A stretch of DNA of 32,000 bases from Isorropodon fossajaponicum endosymbiont JTNG4 (GCF_016592615.1 NZ_AP013043.1:720001-752000); one strand, 5' to 3'. Shown: positions 1 through 8,819, numbered from the stretch's first letter. Program-made: numbers and translations. Notes: generated from the sequence alone by a model not told the origin.

Positions 1-1532
1 ATAATAGATTGCTTGTTAAATACTTGGATTGTGTCCTCATAAGTACTGGTGTTTTTAACCAGTTTTAATGGCGGTATTGCCCCTTCATTGGCAAATACCA
101 AATAAGCCCTGGCTAATTGTGCCAGATTAGTCTCCATTGGGCCATGACCAAATGATAAGGTGCGCTTATCACTTAATGCCCATGAGCTAAAGTGTCTCAA
201 TGAGCCAGAATTTTCAATGCTTGGTATAAGGCCTAGTTGATGGCCAAATCCTAGCTTGTTCCAAGTGTTGTACATGGCTTCTGGCTTAAGCCTTTCGGAG
301 ACATTAACAGTGCCAAGATTATGAGATTTTTGCAATATTTTTTTAATCGTCATTTGCTTATATTTGCCATCTGGTTTGATATGCCCAATGCGTTTTGAAA
401 CATCAATTAGTTCATCTTCAGTGGCTGTTATTTGGTTTTTATCTAATGCCAAAAGCATGGTGAATGGTTTCATGGTTGAGCCTGGTTCTACTTTATCAGA
501 CAGTACTCTATTGCGATAATGTTCAGCATTGTAAGTGCTATTATCATTTGGATTGTCAGCAGGGTAGTTCACCATGGCCAGTACTTCGCCATTTGGTGCA
601 AGAATAATAGCTGAGCCTGAATCTGCTTCATGCTTTCGAACTGATTTTTTAATGGTTTCGTAAGCATGATACTGAATATCGGCATCAATGGTTAGTACTA
701 TATTCTGCCCTTGTTGTCGTTGGGTGATTGTTTTGGAATTGAAATATGCCTCATTAATATTGACTTTAAAATTAGTTAGTGATTGACCATCATGCCCAGC
801 AAGACTGTTTTCAAATTCTCCTTCAATGCCAGAAGTGCCTTTTTTATTGGCATTAACTCGACCTAGTAGTGGTGCTAGCGAGGCAGATTTTGGATAGTAT
901 CTTTTTGTATCTTGTTGTAATGCCACACCAGCAATTCTTGCTTTTTTGCATTGCTTAATAAGGGCGTAGGTTGTTTTTGTCTTCTGTAGGTTTAAGGTGT
1001 TTAAGGTGCGCTCAATGAAGCTTAATTTATTAGCCATCTTTTTGCGTGTACAGACTGAAATTCTCATTAATTTTAATTGCTTTAATTTGTTAATAATAGG
1101 GTCAGTGAGTGTGATATTTTTTTTAATAATTAAATATCTTGAGCCAATTTTTCGTTTTGATGCGAGCAACTTACTAAGCGTTTGGACTTTCATATCTAGC
1201 ACACGTGCCAATTTGGGAATAAATTCAACCTGAATCAGTGTTGGGTCTAAATTAAGGCGTTTTAACAGCAAATTGCTGGCAAGAATATGTCCATTCCTAT
1301 CTAGGATATCGCCTCGTTGGGCGATTTTTGTCTCTAAACTAGTGGCTTGATGATAAGCCCTGTCTTGTATTGATAAACCTATGACATTAGATTGTGATAT
1401 GGAAGTGGTTTGATAAGAAAAAATACCAAAAAGAAATACAAAAAAATACTTAACCGCACCTTGTCTGCGCCAATAATTTTGCACCCGTCCGGGTATCAAT
1501 ACTTTTGAGATGGTTGATATTTTTCCATTCAT
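1..1532 (-). CDS. ftsI: Peptidoglycan D,D-transpeptidase FtsI (PBP3); C-terminal end lies outside the window
   Basis: Absent from the ORF track because no stop lies inside the window. My minus-strand translation from ATG at 1532 reads MNGKISTISKVLIPGRVQNYWRRQGAVKYFFVFLFGIF... It contains the transpeptidase motifs EPGSTMKPFT (SxxK) and KSHNLG (SxN). Its ATG overlaps the ftsL stop (ATGA), and it sits in the dcw position after ftsL. Confidence 0.9.
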   Translation of the reverse strand, partial: MNGKISTISKVLIPGRVQNYWRRQGAVKYFFVFLFGIFSYQTTSISQSNVIGLSIQDRAYHQATSLETKIAQRGDILDRNGHILASNLLLKRLNLDPTLIQVEFIPKLARVLDMKVQTLSKLLASKRKIGSRYLIIKKNITLTDPIINKLKQLKLMRISVCTRKKMANKLSFIERTLNTLNLQKTKTTYALIKQCKKARIAGVALQQDTKRYYPKSASLAPLLGRVNANKKGTSGIEGEFENSLAGHDGQSLTNFKVNINEAYFNSKTITQRQQGQNIVLTIDADIQYHAYETIKKSVRKHEADSGSAIILAPNGEVLAMVNYPADNPNDNSTYNAEHYRNRVLSDKVEPGSTMKPFTMLLALDKNQITATEDELIDVSKRIGHIKPDGKYKQMTIKKILQKSHNLGTVNVSERLKPEAMYNTWNKLGFGHQLGLIPSIENSGSLRHFSSWALSDKRTLSFGHGPMETNLAQLARAYLVFANEGAIPPLKLVKNTSTYEDTIQVFNKQSI

Positions 1533-1801
1533 AATAACAATTCTCTTTGTCTTTTAGGTGCTTGCATTTTTAATATTTTTAGAGCTTTGGCTTTAATTTC
1601 ACTACCACTGATTGCCTGTGATTGTTTGATTAATAATTGCTTGTGTAGAGCGACTAATTGGTGATTTTGCGTTTCTATACGTTTTGACTGAGTATACAAG
1701 AGATACATTTGATGATGCCAAGAGATGGTTAGAATACTCAACACAACCACACCCAGTATTAGCGCAATATTAAGCTTGGTTTTGTTGATATTTAAACGCA
1801 T
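1529..1801 (-). CDS. ftsL: Cell division protein FtsL
   Basis: About 90 aa from the internal Met (MRLNINKTKLNIALILGVVVLSILTISW...), with a single TM helix followed by a coiled-coil-like tail. It lies between rsmH and ftsI. The longer 115-aa ORF-track start would overlap rsmH by about 70 nt and was not used. Confidence 0.7.
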   Translation of the reverse strand: MRLNINKTKLNIALILGVVVLSILTISWHHQMYLLYTQSKRIETQNHQLVALHKQLLIKQSQAISGSEIKAKALKILKMQAPKRQRELLL

Positions 1802-1802
1802 T

Positions 1803-2726
1803 TTAATTTTTGCTTGCCACTCGTAAAATTGCACTACGAGCACGTTTGTTGCTACTAATTTCTGCCTTATTAGCAAAGTGCTTGCCTAAATCTTTCAGGC
1901 AAGTTTTTTCAATTTTATAGTCAATAATAGGCAAGCCTTTTGGCAGGGGTTTTTGTCGTGAATTTTTTTGAATAAAACGTTTAACAATACGATCTTCAAT
2001 CGAATGAAAACTAATAATGGACAGCCTGCCATCCTTGCTTAAAATATCTTTGGATTGTTCCAGTGCATCTTCAAGCTGTTTAAGTTCTTGATTGATAAAG
2101 ATGCGTATGGCTTGAAAAGTTCGTGTGGCAGGGTGTTTATTTTTTTGCCCCTTTACCACTTCACTAACAATATTGGCAAGTGCTAGAGTGGTTTCTAATG
2201 TGTGGTTTTGTTGGTATTTTTTGATTCTAGTAGCAATATGTCGTGATTTTTTTTCATCACTAAATCGATAAATAACATTGGCAATTTCTTTCTCATTGGC
2301 TGAGTTTAGCCATTGCGTGGCACTCATGCCTGTGGTTTGGTTCATGCGCATATCTAGTGGGCCATTAGCTTTAAAACTAAAACCACGTTGTGCATTGTCC
2401 AGTTGAGGTGATGAGACGCCGAGATCCATCAAAATACCATCAATCTTATCTATTAATCCTTGCTCAGTTATGATACTTAGCATATTGGAAAATGCACTAT
2501 GGATAAGGGTTAAACGATTATCAGTAAAATTTTTATGGGCGTATTCAATCGCACTGATATCTTGATCAAAGGCAATCAATTTTCCTTGCTCGCCCAATTT
2601 ATTCAGTATGCCTTGGGCATGACCACCACGACCAAAAGTCGCATCAATATAAATACCATCAGTTTTTATATTAAGCGCCTCAATTGACTCATTAAACATC
2701 ACAGATTGGTGATGATTAGACATCAT
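1803..2726 (-). CDS. rsmH: 16S rRNA (cytosine1402-N4)-methyltransferase RsmH (MraW)
   Basis: 307 aa with the SAM-binding motif DATFGRGGHA and DLGVSSPQLD. Its start overlaps the mraZ stop (ATGA). Canonical position after mraZ. Confidence 0.95.
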   Translation of the reverse strand: MMSNHHQSVMFNESIEALNIKTDGIYIDATFGRGGHAQGILNKLGEQGKLIAFDQDISAIEYAHKNFTDNRLTLIHSAFSNMLSIITEQGLIDKIDGILMDLGVSSPQLDNAQRGFSFKANGPLDMRMNQTTGMSATQWLNSANEKEIANVIYRFSDEKKSRHIATRIKKYQQNHTLETTLALANIVSEVVKGQKNKHPATRTFQAIRIFINQELKQLEDALEQSKDILSKDGRLSIISFHSIEDRIVKRFIQKNSRQKPLPKGLPIIDYKIEKTCLKDLGKHFANKAEISSNKRARSAILRVASKN

Positions 2727-3175
2727 AGCGATAATTGGGCAATTTCTATTGGGATTTGGGTTTGTTTGCTGAGTGAGTCAAGATTGTCAAGTTGTTTATG
2801 CCAAATATCCTCATCCCATAATTCAAAATTATGCCCCTGGCCACTCATGATAATTTTTTTATCTATATGGGCATAATGTTTAAGTGTTGAAGGAATTAGA
2901 ATACGCGCTGCCTTGTCCAATTCACAATCAGTGGCATGACCAATGAGTTTGCGTTTTAATCGCTTTGTGTGAATATTTAATGAAGGCAAAACACTAATTT
3001 TTTCTTCCAATATTTGCCAATCTTTTAAGGGATATAACAATAAGCATTCATCATCTGGATGAATGCTTAGCACCATCTTGCCTGAACAAATTTCATCAAT
3101 TTGTGCTTGGTGGCGCGTTGGTATTTTTACCCTTCCCTTAGTATCAACACTTAAATTGTGCACCCCTCTAAACAT
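2723..3175 (-). CDS. mraZ: Transcriptional regulator MraZ
   Basis: 150 aa beginning MFRGVHNLSVDTKGRVKIPTRH, with the duplicated SpoVT/AbrB-like halves typical of MraZ. Normally the first gene of the dcw cluster. Confidence 0.95.
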   Translation of the reverse strand: MFRGVHNLSVDTKGRVKIPTRHQAQIDEICSGKMVLSIHPDDECLLLYPLKDWQILEEKISVLPSLNIHTKRLKRKLIGHATDCELDKAARILIPSTLKHYAHIDKKIIMSGQGHNFELWDEDIWHKQLDNLDSLSKQTQIPIEIAQLSL

Positions 3176-3360
3176 TAGCGATGTTGCTGATATTTTTGCA
3201 TATAGGCTATTACACCCAATATTAAAGCCACAATGGTGATAATTAAAAACGGTTTGGCATTGTTTATTTGGCTTTGTTGTGTGCCCATCAGGGCTAAAAC
3301 ACTCAGAGAAAATACAGATAGGAAAACACTAAGCATAAACTTCAATTTAATTTTTTTCAT
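3175..3360 (-). CDS. Small hypothetical membrane protein (61 aa, two predicted TM helices)
   Basis: ATG preceded by AAAGGAG with a 7-nt spacer. Two hydrophobic stretches (MLSVFLSVFSLSVLALMG and FLIITIVALILGVIAYM). Its stop overlaps the mraZ start (TAATG). It lies downstream of the MraZ-box promoter. Confidence 0.5.
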   Translation of the reverse strand: MKKIKLKFMLSVFLSVFSLSVLALMGTQQSQINNAKPFLIITIVALILGVIAYMQKYQQHR

Positions 3361-3395
3361 ACAAGCACTCCTTTGAATTTAGTTTTAAGGAAAAT

Positions 3396-3430
3396 TTTAT
3401 ACCACTTTTAGACACTTTAGTCCATTTTTA
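3396..3430 (-). promoter_or_regulatory. Candidate dcw promoter overlapped by three 10-bp-phased MraZ-type boxes
   Basis: The minus strand reads TAAAAATGGA CTAAAGTGTC TAAAAGTGGT. These are three direct repeats at exact 10-bp period resembling the AAAGTG(G/T) MraZ box. They overlap a TGGACT-17nt-TATAAA promoter whose -10 is preceded by TGG. Confidence 0.55.
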
Positions 3431-3604
3431 TTTAAAACAATTTAAAAATCTAGCTCATAGTGAAAAGTTGTTAGTGATGGTTTTGGTTTGGAATTTTTTG
3501 TCTAAGTAAAAAAGTTTAGAAATTTATCCCTTCTTGCAGTGCAATGCTCTAACCTACTTGGACACAAAGATAGCCTTATAATACAAACCATAAGGAGGTC
3601 AGTA

Positions 3605-3956
3605 ATGACACAATATAAATCAAGAAAACAACGAGTGACTTTTACCGTTGAACATTCTGTTCAATACCCCCTTGAGGGGGGAACACTAGATTATGCCAAA
3701 CTCATGGTGCATGAGAATTACACCAATAAAAAAAATCATGATAATATCAGGAGCTTGCTCCTCAGCAGTTAGCAGATGGAGAAAACAATACCTAGCAGAG
3801 CTTGGTGGACAAACACCAGAGTCAGGCAAAGCGCTGACTTCTGAACAACAAACAATACAACTGCTTGAGAAACAACTTTGGCGCGCACAAAGGGACAATG
3901 AAATCTTAAAAAAGGCAACAGCCTTGTTCGCTGTGGACAATCACCAAGTGATATGA
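3605..3956 (+). pseudogene. IS3 orfA (HTH protein), frameshifted at an A8 run
   Basis: A strong SD (AAGGAGG) precedes the ATG at 3605. MTQYKSRKQRVTFT... is in one frame and ...SAVSRWRKQYLAELGG...NEILKKATALFA is in the next. The frames join if the A8 run at 3728-3735 were A7. Confidence 0.75.
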
Positions 3957-4675
3957 TTATCAAGATAAACAAGGCTTGCCAACAATACAATACTAAAGAA
4001 TTATGAGCATTACTCAAACTTCCTCGCAGTAGTTATTACTATCAAGTCAAAGATAAGCGAGTAAACAACAACACCAACGCTATGATTAAATTAATCAAAC
4101 AAACTGCTATTGAAGTTGGATACACCTATGGCAAACGCAGAATGCGAGTAGTTTTGAATAACCAAGGTTATAACATTGGTATTTACCAAACTGCAACGCT
4201 AATGAAAAAAGCCAATGTAGTTGCCATACGCCCAAGAAAGCGTCATTATTACCCTAATACTAGATTGATGTTTAAAAAGGCAAAAAACCTATTAAATCGT
4301 GTGTTTGAGCAGCAATCAATTAATACGCATTGGGTTGGTGATATTACCTATATCAAAACCTATCAAGGTGGGAGTTATTTAGCCAGTGTGTTGGATTTAG
4401 GCTCAAGACAAGTTGTTGGTTGGGCATTGTCAAAACAGCCTAATGCTCAGTTGGCAAAGGATGCGCTTAGTAATGCTGTGTCTAGACACCAGCCCAATAC
4501 AAATAAACACATGTTCCACTCTGATCAAGGGACTCAATACTCTTCTAAAGTTTTTATTGATTATTGCAACAAGAACAACATTACTCAAAGCATGAGCAGG
4601 CGAGGTAATTGTTGGGATAATGCGGTCATGGAGCGTTTCTTTAGAAGTCTGAAGACTGAGAGATTAAATTATTAA
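3908..4675 (+). pseudogene. IS3 orfB DDE transposase, with in-frame stops and 3' truncation
   Basis: The -1 frame from A AAA AAG reads ...KEL*ALLKLPRSSYYYQ... (TGA where Cys is expected), then YGKRRM...WVGDITYI...SDQGTQY...NCWDNAVMERFF...LNY* followed by SFANHSEVVQNV. This is a typical IS3 integrase-core signature carrying nonsense mutations. Confidence 0.85.
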
Positions 4676-4712
4676 AGTTTTGCAAATCATAGTGAAGTCG
4701 TGCAAAATGTAG

Positions 4713-5018
4713 ATTGAATCCAAGTTTAGAAAAAATGCTTATCAAGCTTTTAAAAGAAATGTTGACATGGGTGCTAGTGATTATCAGCACAGCTATCAGC
4801 AAATGATTAAGCGTCTAAATACTGATAAATTAGCCGCTTATACTTTGCCTGCAGAAGCAATACTAAAATACGCTATTCATGCTTTAGAGGCAAAAAATGC
4901 CAAAATTCATTATTGTGTTACTTTTCCAACTAAACTATTTGCTGTGCTTAAAAGAATACTACCAGCAAGAATAATGGATAAAATACTAAGCAAAGCGGGC
5001 AGTGGAGGAAAAACATAA
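4713..5018 (+). pseudogene. C-terminal fragment of a short-chain dehydrogenase/reductase (SDR), N-terminus deleted at the IS junction
   Basis: The open frame from 4713 reads IESKFRKNAYQAFKRNVDMGASDYQHSYQQMIKRLN...EAILKYAIHALEAKNAKIHYCVTFPTKLFAVLKRILP. This resembles the C-terminal tail of YbbO-like SDRs. No Rossmann N-terminus is present upstream. Confidence 0.55.
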
Positions 5019-5019
5019 A

Positions 5020-5244
5020 ATGGCAAAAAAATTTGATTTTAATCAAGGCTTAAGCGATTTAGAAAAAATTGTAAAGACCATGGAATCTGGTGATTTGAGC
5101 CTTGAAGATTCGCTTGATTACTTTTCTAAAGGTGTGGCGCTAACCAAGCAATGCCAAAGCGCATTAAATCAAGCAGAACAAAAAATCTCCATGTTAACCG
5201 AGCAAGATAATTATACAAACGAAAAGCCATTAAAGGATTTGTAA
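5020..5244 (+). CDS. xseB: Exodeoxyribonuclease VII small subunit
   Basis: MAKKFDFNQGLSDLEKIVKTMESGDLSLEDSLDYFSKGVALTKQCQ... is a typical XseB. The start was taken at the second Met to avoid overlap with the SDR remnant. It sits upstream of ispA as in many proteobacteria. Confidence 0.9.
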   Translation: MAKKFDFNQGLSDLEKIVKTMESGDLSLEDSLDYFSKGVALTKQCQSALNQAEQKISMLTEQDNYTNEKPLKDL

Positions 5245-5293
5245 GATTTTGCATCATGCTAAGTGTCAAATATCGAACCAAGGCTTTTAAGCA

Positions 5294-6148
5294 ATGGATT
5301 TTAATATCTACATCACAAGGATTAATGCTAAATTAGACCAACACTTATCACTACAAGGCTCTTTGGCTAAAGCAATGCGCTATAGCGCACTAACTAATGG
5401 CAAGCGTTTTAGACCTATTCTTGCCTATTCTGTCGCTAATATTTTTGGCACAAATTTAAATTTAGTTGATTCTAGCAGTTGCGCTGTTGAATTTATTCAT
5501 GCTTATTCTTTAATTCACGATGATTTACCAGCCATGGATGATGATGATATACGCCACAATCAGCCAGCTTGCCATAAGCGTTTTGGCGAGGATCAAGCAA
5601 TTTTGGCAGGTGATGGCTTGCAAGCATTAGCATTTGAAGTATTGGTCAATGATGATTTAATTAGTGCTGATATTAAAATTGAGTTGCTGAAGTCTTTGAC
5701 TCACGCCTCATTTGAAATGGCAGAGGGTCAGGCAATTGATTTATCCATTATTGCAAAGCAAGTGGACATTGCAACACTAGAAACTATGTATCGGAAAAAA
5801 ACAGGGACACTGCTGAGTTGCGCAGTTAATTTAGGTGCAATCGTCTCCAAAGTGTGCAATAGTAAGGATAGATTTATTCTAAATGCATTCTCTAAAGATA
5901 TTGGTTTGGCATATCAAATTCAGGATGATGTGCTTGATATTGAAACGCCTGATGTGTTGTTAGGTAAAAAGCAATATTCTGATGAGTGTAAAAATAAACC
6001 CACTTATCCGTCTTTATTAGGTTTGGATAAATCAAAAATTACCTATAAGAATTTATACAAAAAAGCCAGTGATGAGCTAGGTTTGTTAAGTGTAGATGCA
6101 GCAGAATTACAACAATTAACAGCTAATTTACAAGCAAGATTGTTTTAA
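5294..6148 (+). CDS. ispA: (2E,6E)-farnesyl diphosphate synthase
   Basis: 284 aa with the first Asp-rich motif DDLPAMDDDD and the second motif QIQDDVLD. The xseB-ispA arrangement is standard. Confidence 0.9.
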   Translation: MDFNIYITRINAKLDQHLSLQGSLAKAMRYSALTNGKRFRPILAYSVANIFGTNLNLVDSSSCAVEFIHAYSLIHDDLPAMDDDDIRHNQPACHKRFGEDQAILAGDGLQALAFEVLVNDDLISADIKIELLKSLTHASFEMAEGQAIDLSIIAKQVDIATLETMYRKKTGTLLSCAVNLGAIVSKVCNSKDRFILNAFSKDIGLAYQIQDDVLDIETPDVLLGKKQYSDECKNKPTYPSLLGLDKSKITYKNLYKKASDELGLLSVDAAELQQLTANLQARLF

Positions 6149-7089
6149 AACTGAACCAAAACACTACCCCAACTAAAACCAGCACCAATCCCTTCAAATA
6201 ATAGATTGTCACTTTTTTTAATGCGACCATCCCTAACTGCTGTATCAAGTGCTAATGGGATAGAAGCAGCAGAAGTGTTGCCATGATTTTCAAGGGTAAT
6301 AATAACCTTATTCATTGGGATTTTGATACGCTTAGCAACGGCTGATATAATGCGAATATTGGCCTGATGTGGCACCATCCAGTCTAGCTTGTTTGAGTTT
6401 AAGTTGGCCTCTTTAAGAGTGTCTTCTGCCAAAGAAGATAAACGGTTAACGGCAATTTTAAAAACTTCATTGCCAGACATTTCAATAAAGCCCACTTCAT
6501 TAATGTAATTATTACTAACTTGAAGTGAGGATAAGTAACGACCATTACTGAATAGTTTTGAGTGCAAAATACCAGTATCATTATTGCCACTTAACACTAC
6601 CGCACCCGCACCATCACCAAATAAAACCGCAGTGGAACGGTCACTCCAATTAACAATTCTTGACAAGGTTTCACTACCAACCACTAATACTTTATTGGCA
6701 GCGCCAGTTTTGATATATTGCTCAGCTGTGGTTAGTGCAAAGATAAAGCCTGCACAAACGGATTGTAAATCAAATGCAGGACATGAAGCGCCAATTGCGG
6801 TTTGTAACATGGTTGCTGTTGCAGGAAAAATTTTATCAGGTGTGGTGGTTGCTAGAATAATCAAGTCTAAATCTTTAGCATTAATACCAGCCATCTCAAG
6901 TGCATGATTGGCTGCTTTTTCGGCTAAATCACAAGTTGTTTCATTAGTAACTTTATGCCTTTGTTTAATGCCTGTACGTGTGGTAATCCACTCATTTGTT
7001 GTATCAATGGTTTTTGATAAATCATCGTTGGTGACAATAGTGGGTGGTAGGTAACTACCCGTACCAATGATTCTTGCAAATTTATTCAT
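6145..7089 (-). CDS. fabH: 3-oxoacyl-ACP synthase III
   Basis: 314 aa with active-site context SVCAGF, then PHQANIRI and ENHGNTSAASIP (the Cys-His-Asn triad). It follows plsX. Confidence 0.95.
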   Translation of the reverse strand: MNKFARIIGTGSYLPPTIVTNDDLSKTIDTTNEWITTRTGIKQRHKVTNETTCDLAEKAANHALEMAGINAKDLDLIILATTTPDKIFPATATMLQTAIGASCPAFDLQSVCAGFIFALTTAEQYIKTGAANKVLVVGSETLSRIVNWSDRSTAVLFGDGAGAVVLSGNNDTGILHSKLFSNGRYLSSLQVSNNYINEVGFIEMSGNEVFKIAVNRLSSLAEDTLKEANLNSNKLDWMVPHQANIRIISAVAKRIKIPMNKVIITLENHGNTSAASIPLALDTAVRDGRIKKSDNLLFEGIGAGFSWGSVLVQF

Positions 7090-8101
7090 TGTGTTCTAAT
7101 TCTTTTGAAATTTGAAATGATATTTTGTCGCTGATTTTAGCATGAGCTTCAACATAGGCCTCAGTAATTGCTGCTAAAAATGAATCAACATTTGCACCGC
7201 CATGACTTTTAACAACAATGCCTTGAAGTCCTAACAAAGAGGCGCCATTATACTTACCAGGATTTAGGCTAGATTTAAAATCTTTAAGTACAGGAGTTGC
7301 GATTAAGGCAACTAGTTTGGTTAACAGGTTTCGAGTAAATGCTTGTTTCAGGTAGTGTCTCATCATTAAGGCTACACCTTCACTGGCTTTTAGTGCAATA
7401 TTACCCTCAAAACCATCGCAAACAATTAAATCTACTGTACCTTTGTAAATATCATCCCCTTCGACAAATCCTACATAATTCAGGCTAGAGGCTTTTAATA
7501 ATTCGGCAGTTTTTTTGATTTTTTCACTACCTTTCATGTCCTCTTCACCAATATTAAGAAGAGCAATAGTGGGTGATGCAATATTCTCTGTATGTTTGAC
7601 GGCAATTGAGCCCATTGTTGCAAACTCAACCAAAGCTTTAGGTTTTGAATCAACATTGGCACCTAGATCAAGCATGTGCGTATGTCCAGTCATGGTTGGC
7701 ATACGACCCATGATAGCAGGGCGGTCAATACCTTTGATGGTTCTTAGTACAAAGCGAGAAATGGCCATAAGTGCACCAGTATTGCCTGCACTAACACAGG
7801 CATTTACCTTAAGTATTTTGACTAGGTTAATTGCAACGCGCATAGAAGAATCTTTCTTTTTACGTAATGCAATTGCTGGGGATTCGTTCATTAACACAAC
7901 CTCACTTGCGTGAATAATTGTATATCTTGAACTGGGTATATTTGATGGCTGGCTGTCTAATTCAGCTTTGATGCTAGACTCATCACCCACAAAATACAAA
8001 TGCAAATCTTGAAATACGCCTAATGCTTTAATGCCTGCTTTAATAGTAACAGGTATGCCATAATCCCCCCCTGAGGCATCAATTGATACCTTTATTGTCA
8101 T
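7082..8101 (-). CDS. plsX: Phosphate acyltransferase PlsX
   Basis: 339 aa beginning MTIKVSIDASGGDYG, with a GNTGA motif. It lies in the rpmF-plsX-fabH order. Confidence 0.95.
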   Translation of the reverse strand: MTIKVSIDASGGDYGIPVTIKAGIKALGVFQDLHLYFVGDESSIKAELDSQPSNIPSSRYTIIHASEVVLMNESPAIALRKKKDSSMRVAINLVKILKVNACVSAGNTGALMAISRFVLRTIKGIDRPAIMGRMPTMTGHTHMLDLGANVDSKPKALVEFATMGSIAVKHTENIASPTIALLNIGEEDMKGSEKIKKTAELLKASSLNYVGFVEGDDIYKGTVDLIVCDGFEGNIALKASEGVALMMRHYLKQAFTRNLLTKLVALIATPVLKDFKSSLNPGKYNGASLLGLQGIVVKSHGGANVDSFLAAITEAYVEAHAKISDKISFQISKELEHNE

Positions 8102-8106
8102 GGGGT

Positions 8107-8304
8107 TTAAGCATCTATTTCTTGAATATCTTGTGCTTTATTGATTACTTTTTTGCCACGGTAATAACCATCAGCTGTAATGTGGTGACGCAAGTGGATT
8201 TCACCTGTTTCTTGATCTTCTGATAATGCAGGGCATGCTAGTGCATTATGTGAGCGACGCATGCCTCTTTTTGAAGGGGTTTTTCTACTTTTTTGTACAG
8301 CCAT
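8107..8304 (-). CDS. rpmF: 50S ribosomal protein L32
   Basis: 65 aa beginning [19 protein letters not shown], the canonical L32 N-terminus. Confidence 0.95.
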   Translation of the reverse strand: MAVQKSRKTPSKRGMRRSHNALACPALSEDQETGEIHLRHHITADGYYRGKKVINKAQDIQEIDA

Positions 8305-8315
8305 TTTCTTACTCC

Positions 8316-8819
8316 TTATTTTTTATATTGAGTTTTCATGTGTTTTAATATCGCAAAAGGATTGTGTCTCTCTTGCTTGATCCTCTCTTTATCTTGGTAC
8401 GATTGACATTTGTGTGAATGCATCGGACTCATTGGAATGGATATTAGCACCTCATCTGTTATAAATTCAATGGTTGAAAACGCCTCATCAGCATTAAGAA
8501 TTGTCTCAAAGCTTGAATCTAGTGTCCCTCCCTGTTGTTCATTTTTTAAAAAGCCAAGTTTAAAACTAGGGCTTAAATGAAGATTTACCTCATTTAAACA
8601 GCGCTGGCAATCAACCATGGCATTTAGTTTGATAATACCTTCAATACAAGGAATTGAATTGTTTTCAATATAAAAACTTAATTCAACTTTTACTTTATCA
8701 TCAATATTGCTAAGTAGTTTTTTCATTCTAGGAAAGTCTTTCACATGATATGTATGTGAAAGATTTAACCCTTTTTTAGCAAAACTAAATAACTTTATAG
8801 TGTCTGGTATTCCCTGCAT
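8316..8819 (-). CDS. yceD: DUF177 protein YceD (23S rRNA accumulation protein)
   Basis: 167 aa containing the CQRCL motif. Conserved position immediately upstream of rpmF. Confidence 0.85.
   Translation of the reverse strand: MQGIPDTIKLFSFAKKGLNLSHTYHVKDFPRMKKLLSNIDDKVKVELSFYIENNSIPCIEGIIKLNAMVDCQRCLNEVNLHLSPSFKLGFLKNEQQGGTLDSSFETILNADEAFSTIEFITDEVLISIPMSPMHSHKCQSYQDKERIKQERHNPFAILKHMKTQYKK

Larger units (their letters stand above)
3540..4710 (+). mobile_element. IS3-family insertion sequence, decayed and missing its right end
   Basis: The left IR TGCAATGCTCTAACCTACTTGGACACA (3540-3566) is the exact reverse complement of 9271-9297. It has the orfA/orfB organisation with an A6G slippery site at 3908-3914 and a DDE transposase body. 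The 3' part of orfB and the right IR are absent. Confidence 0.85.

Noticed and set aside
997-1233. 78-aa plus-strand ORF from the track
   Set aside because: It lies entirely antisense to the well-supported ftsI coding frame, has a low-complexity hydrophobic composition, and has no SD. It is a shadow ORF.
1802-1876. Long N-terminal extension of ftsL (115-aa version)
   Set aside because: It would overlap the 3' end of rsmH by about 70 nt. The internal Met at 1801 gives a normal-size FtsL starting right after the rsmH stop.
3686-4017. Two minus-strand ORFs (84 and 82 aa) inside the IS element
   Set aside because: They are antisense to IS3 orfA/orfB and Cys/Ser-rich junk translations. There is no independent support.
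4413-4595. 60-aa alternative-frame ORF inside IS orfB
   Set aside because: It is an overlapping frame of a recognisable transposase, and nothing suggests it is expressed.
6399-7913. Antisense or alternate-frame ORFs within fabH and plsX (6399-6590, 6584-6907, 7515-7913)
   Set aside because: They overlap strongly supported genes. The amino-acid composition is typical of reverse-frame artefacts (Ala/Ser/Leu rich), and there are no start-site signals.
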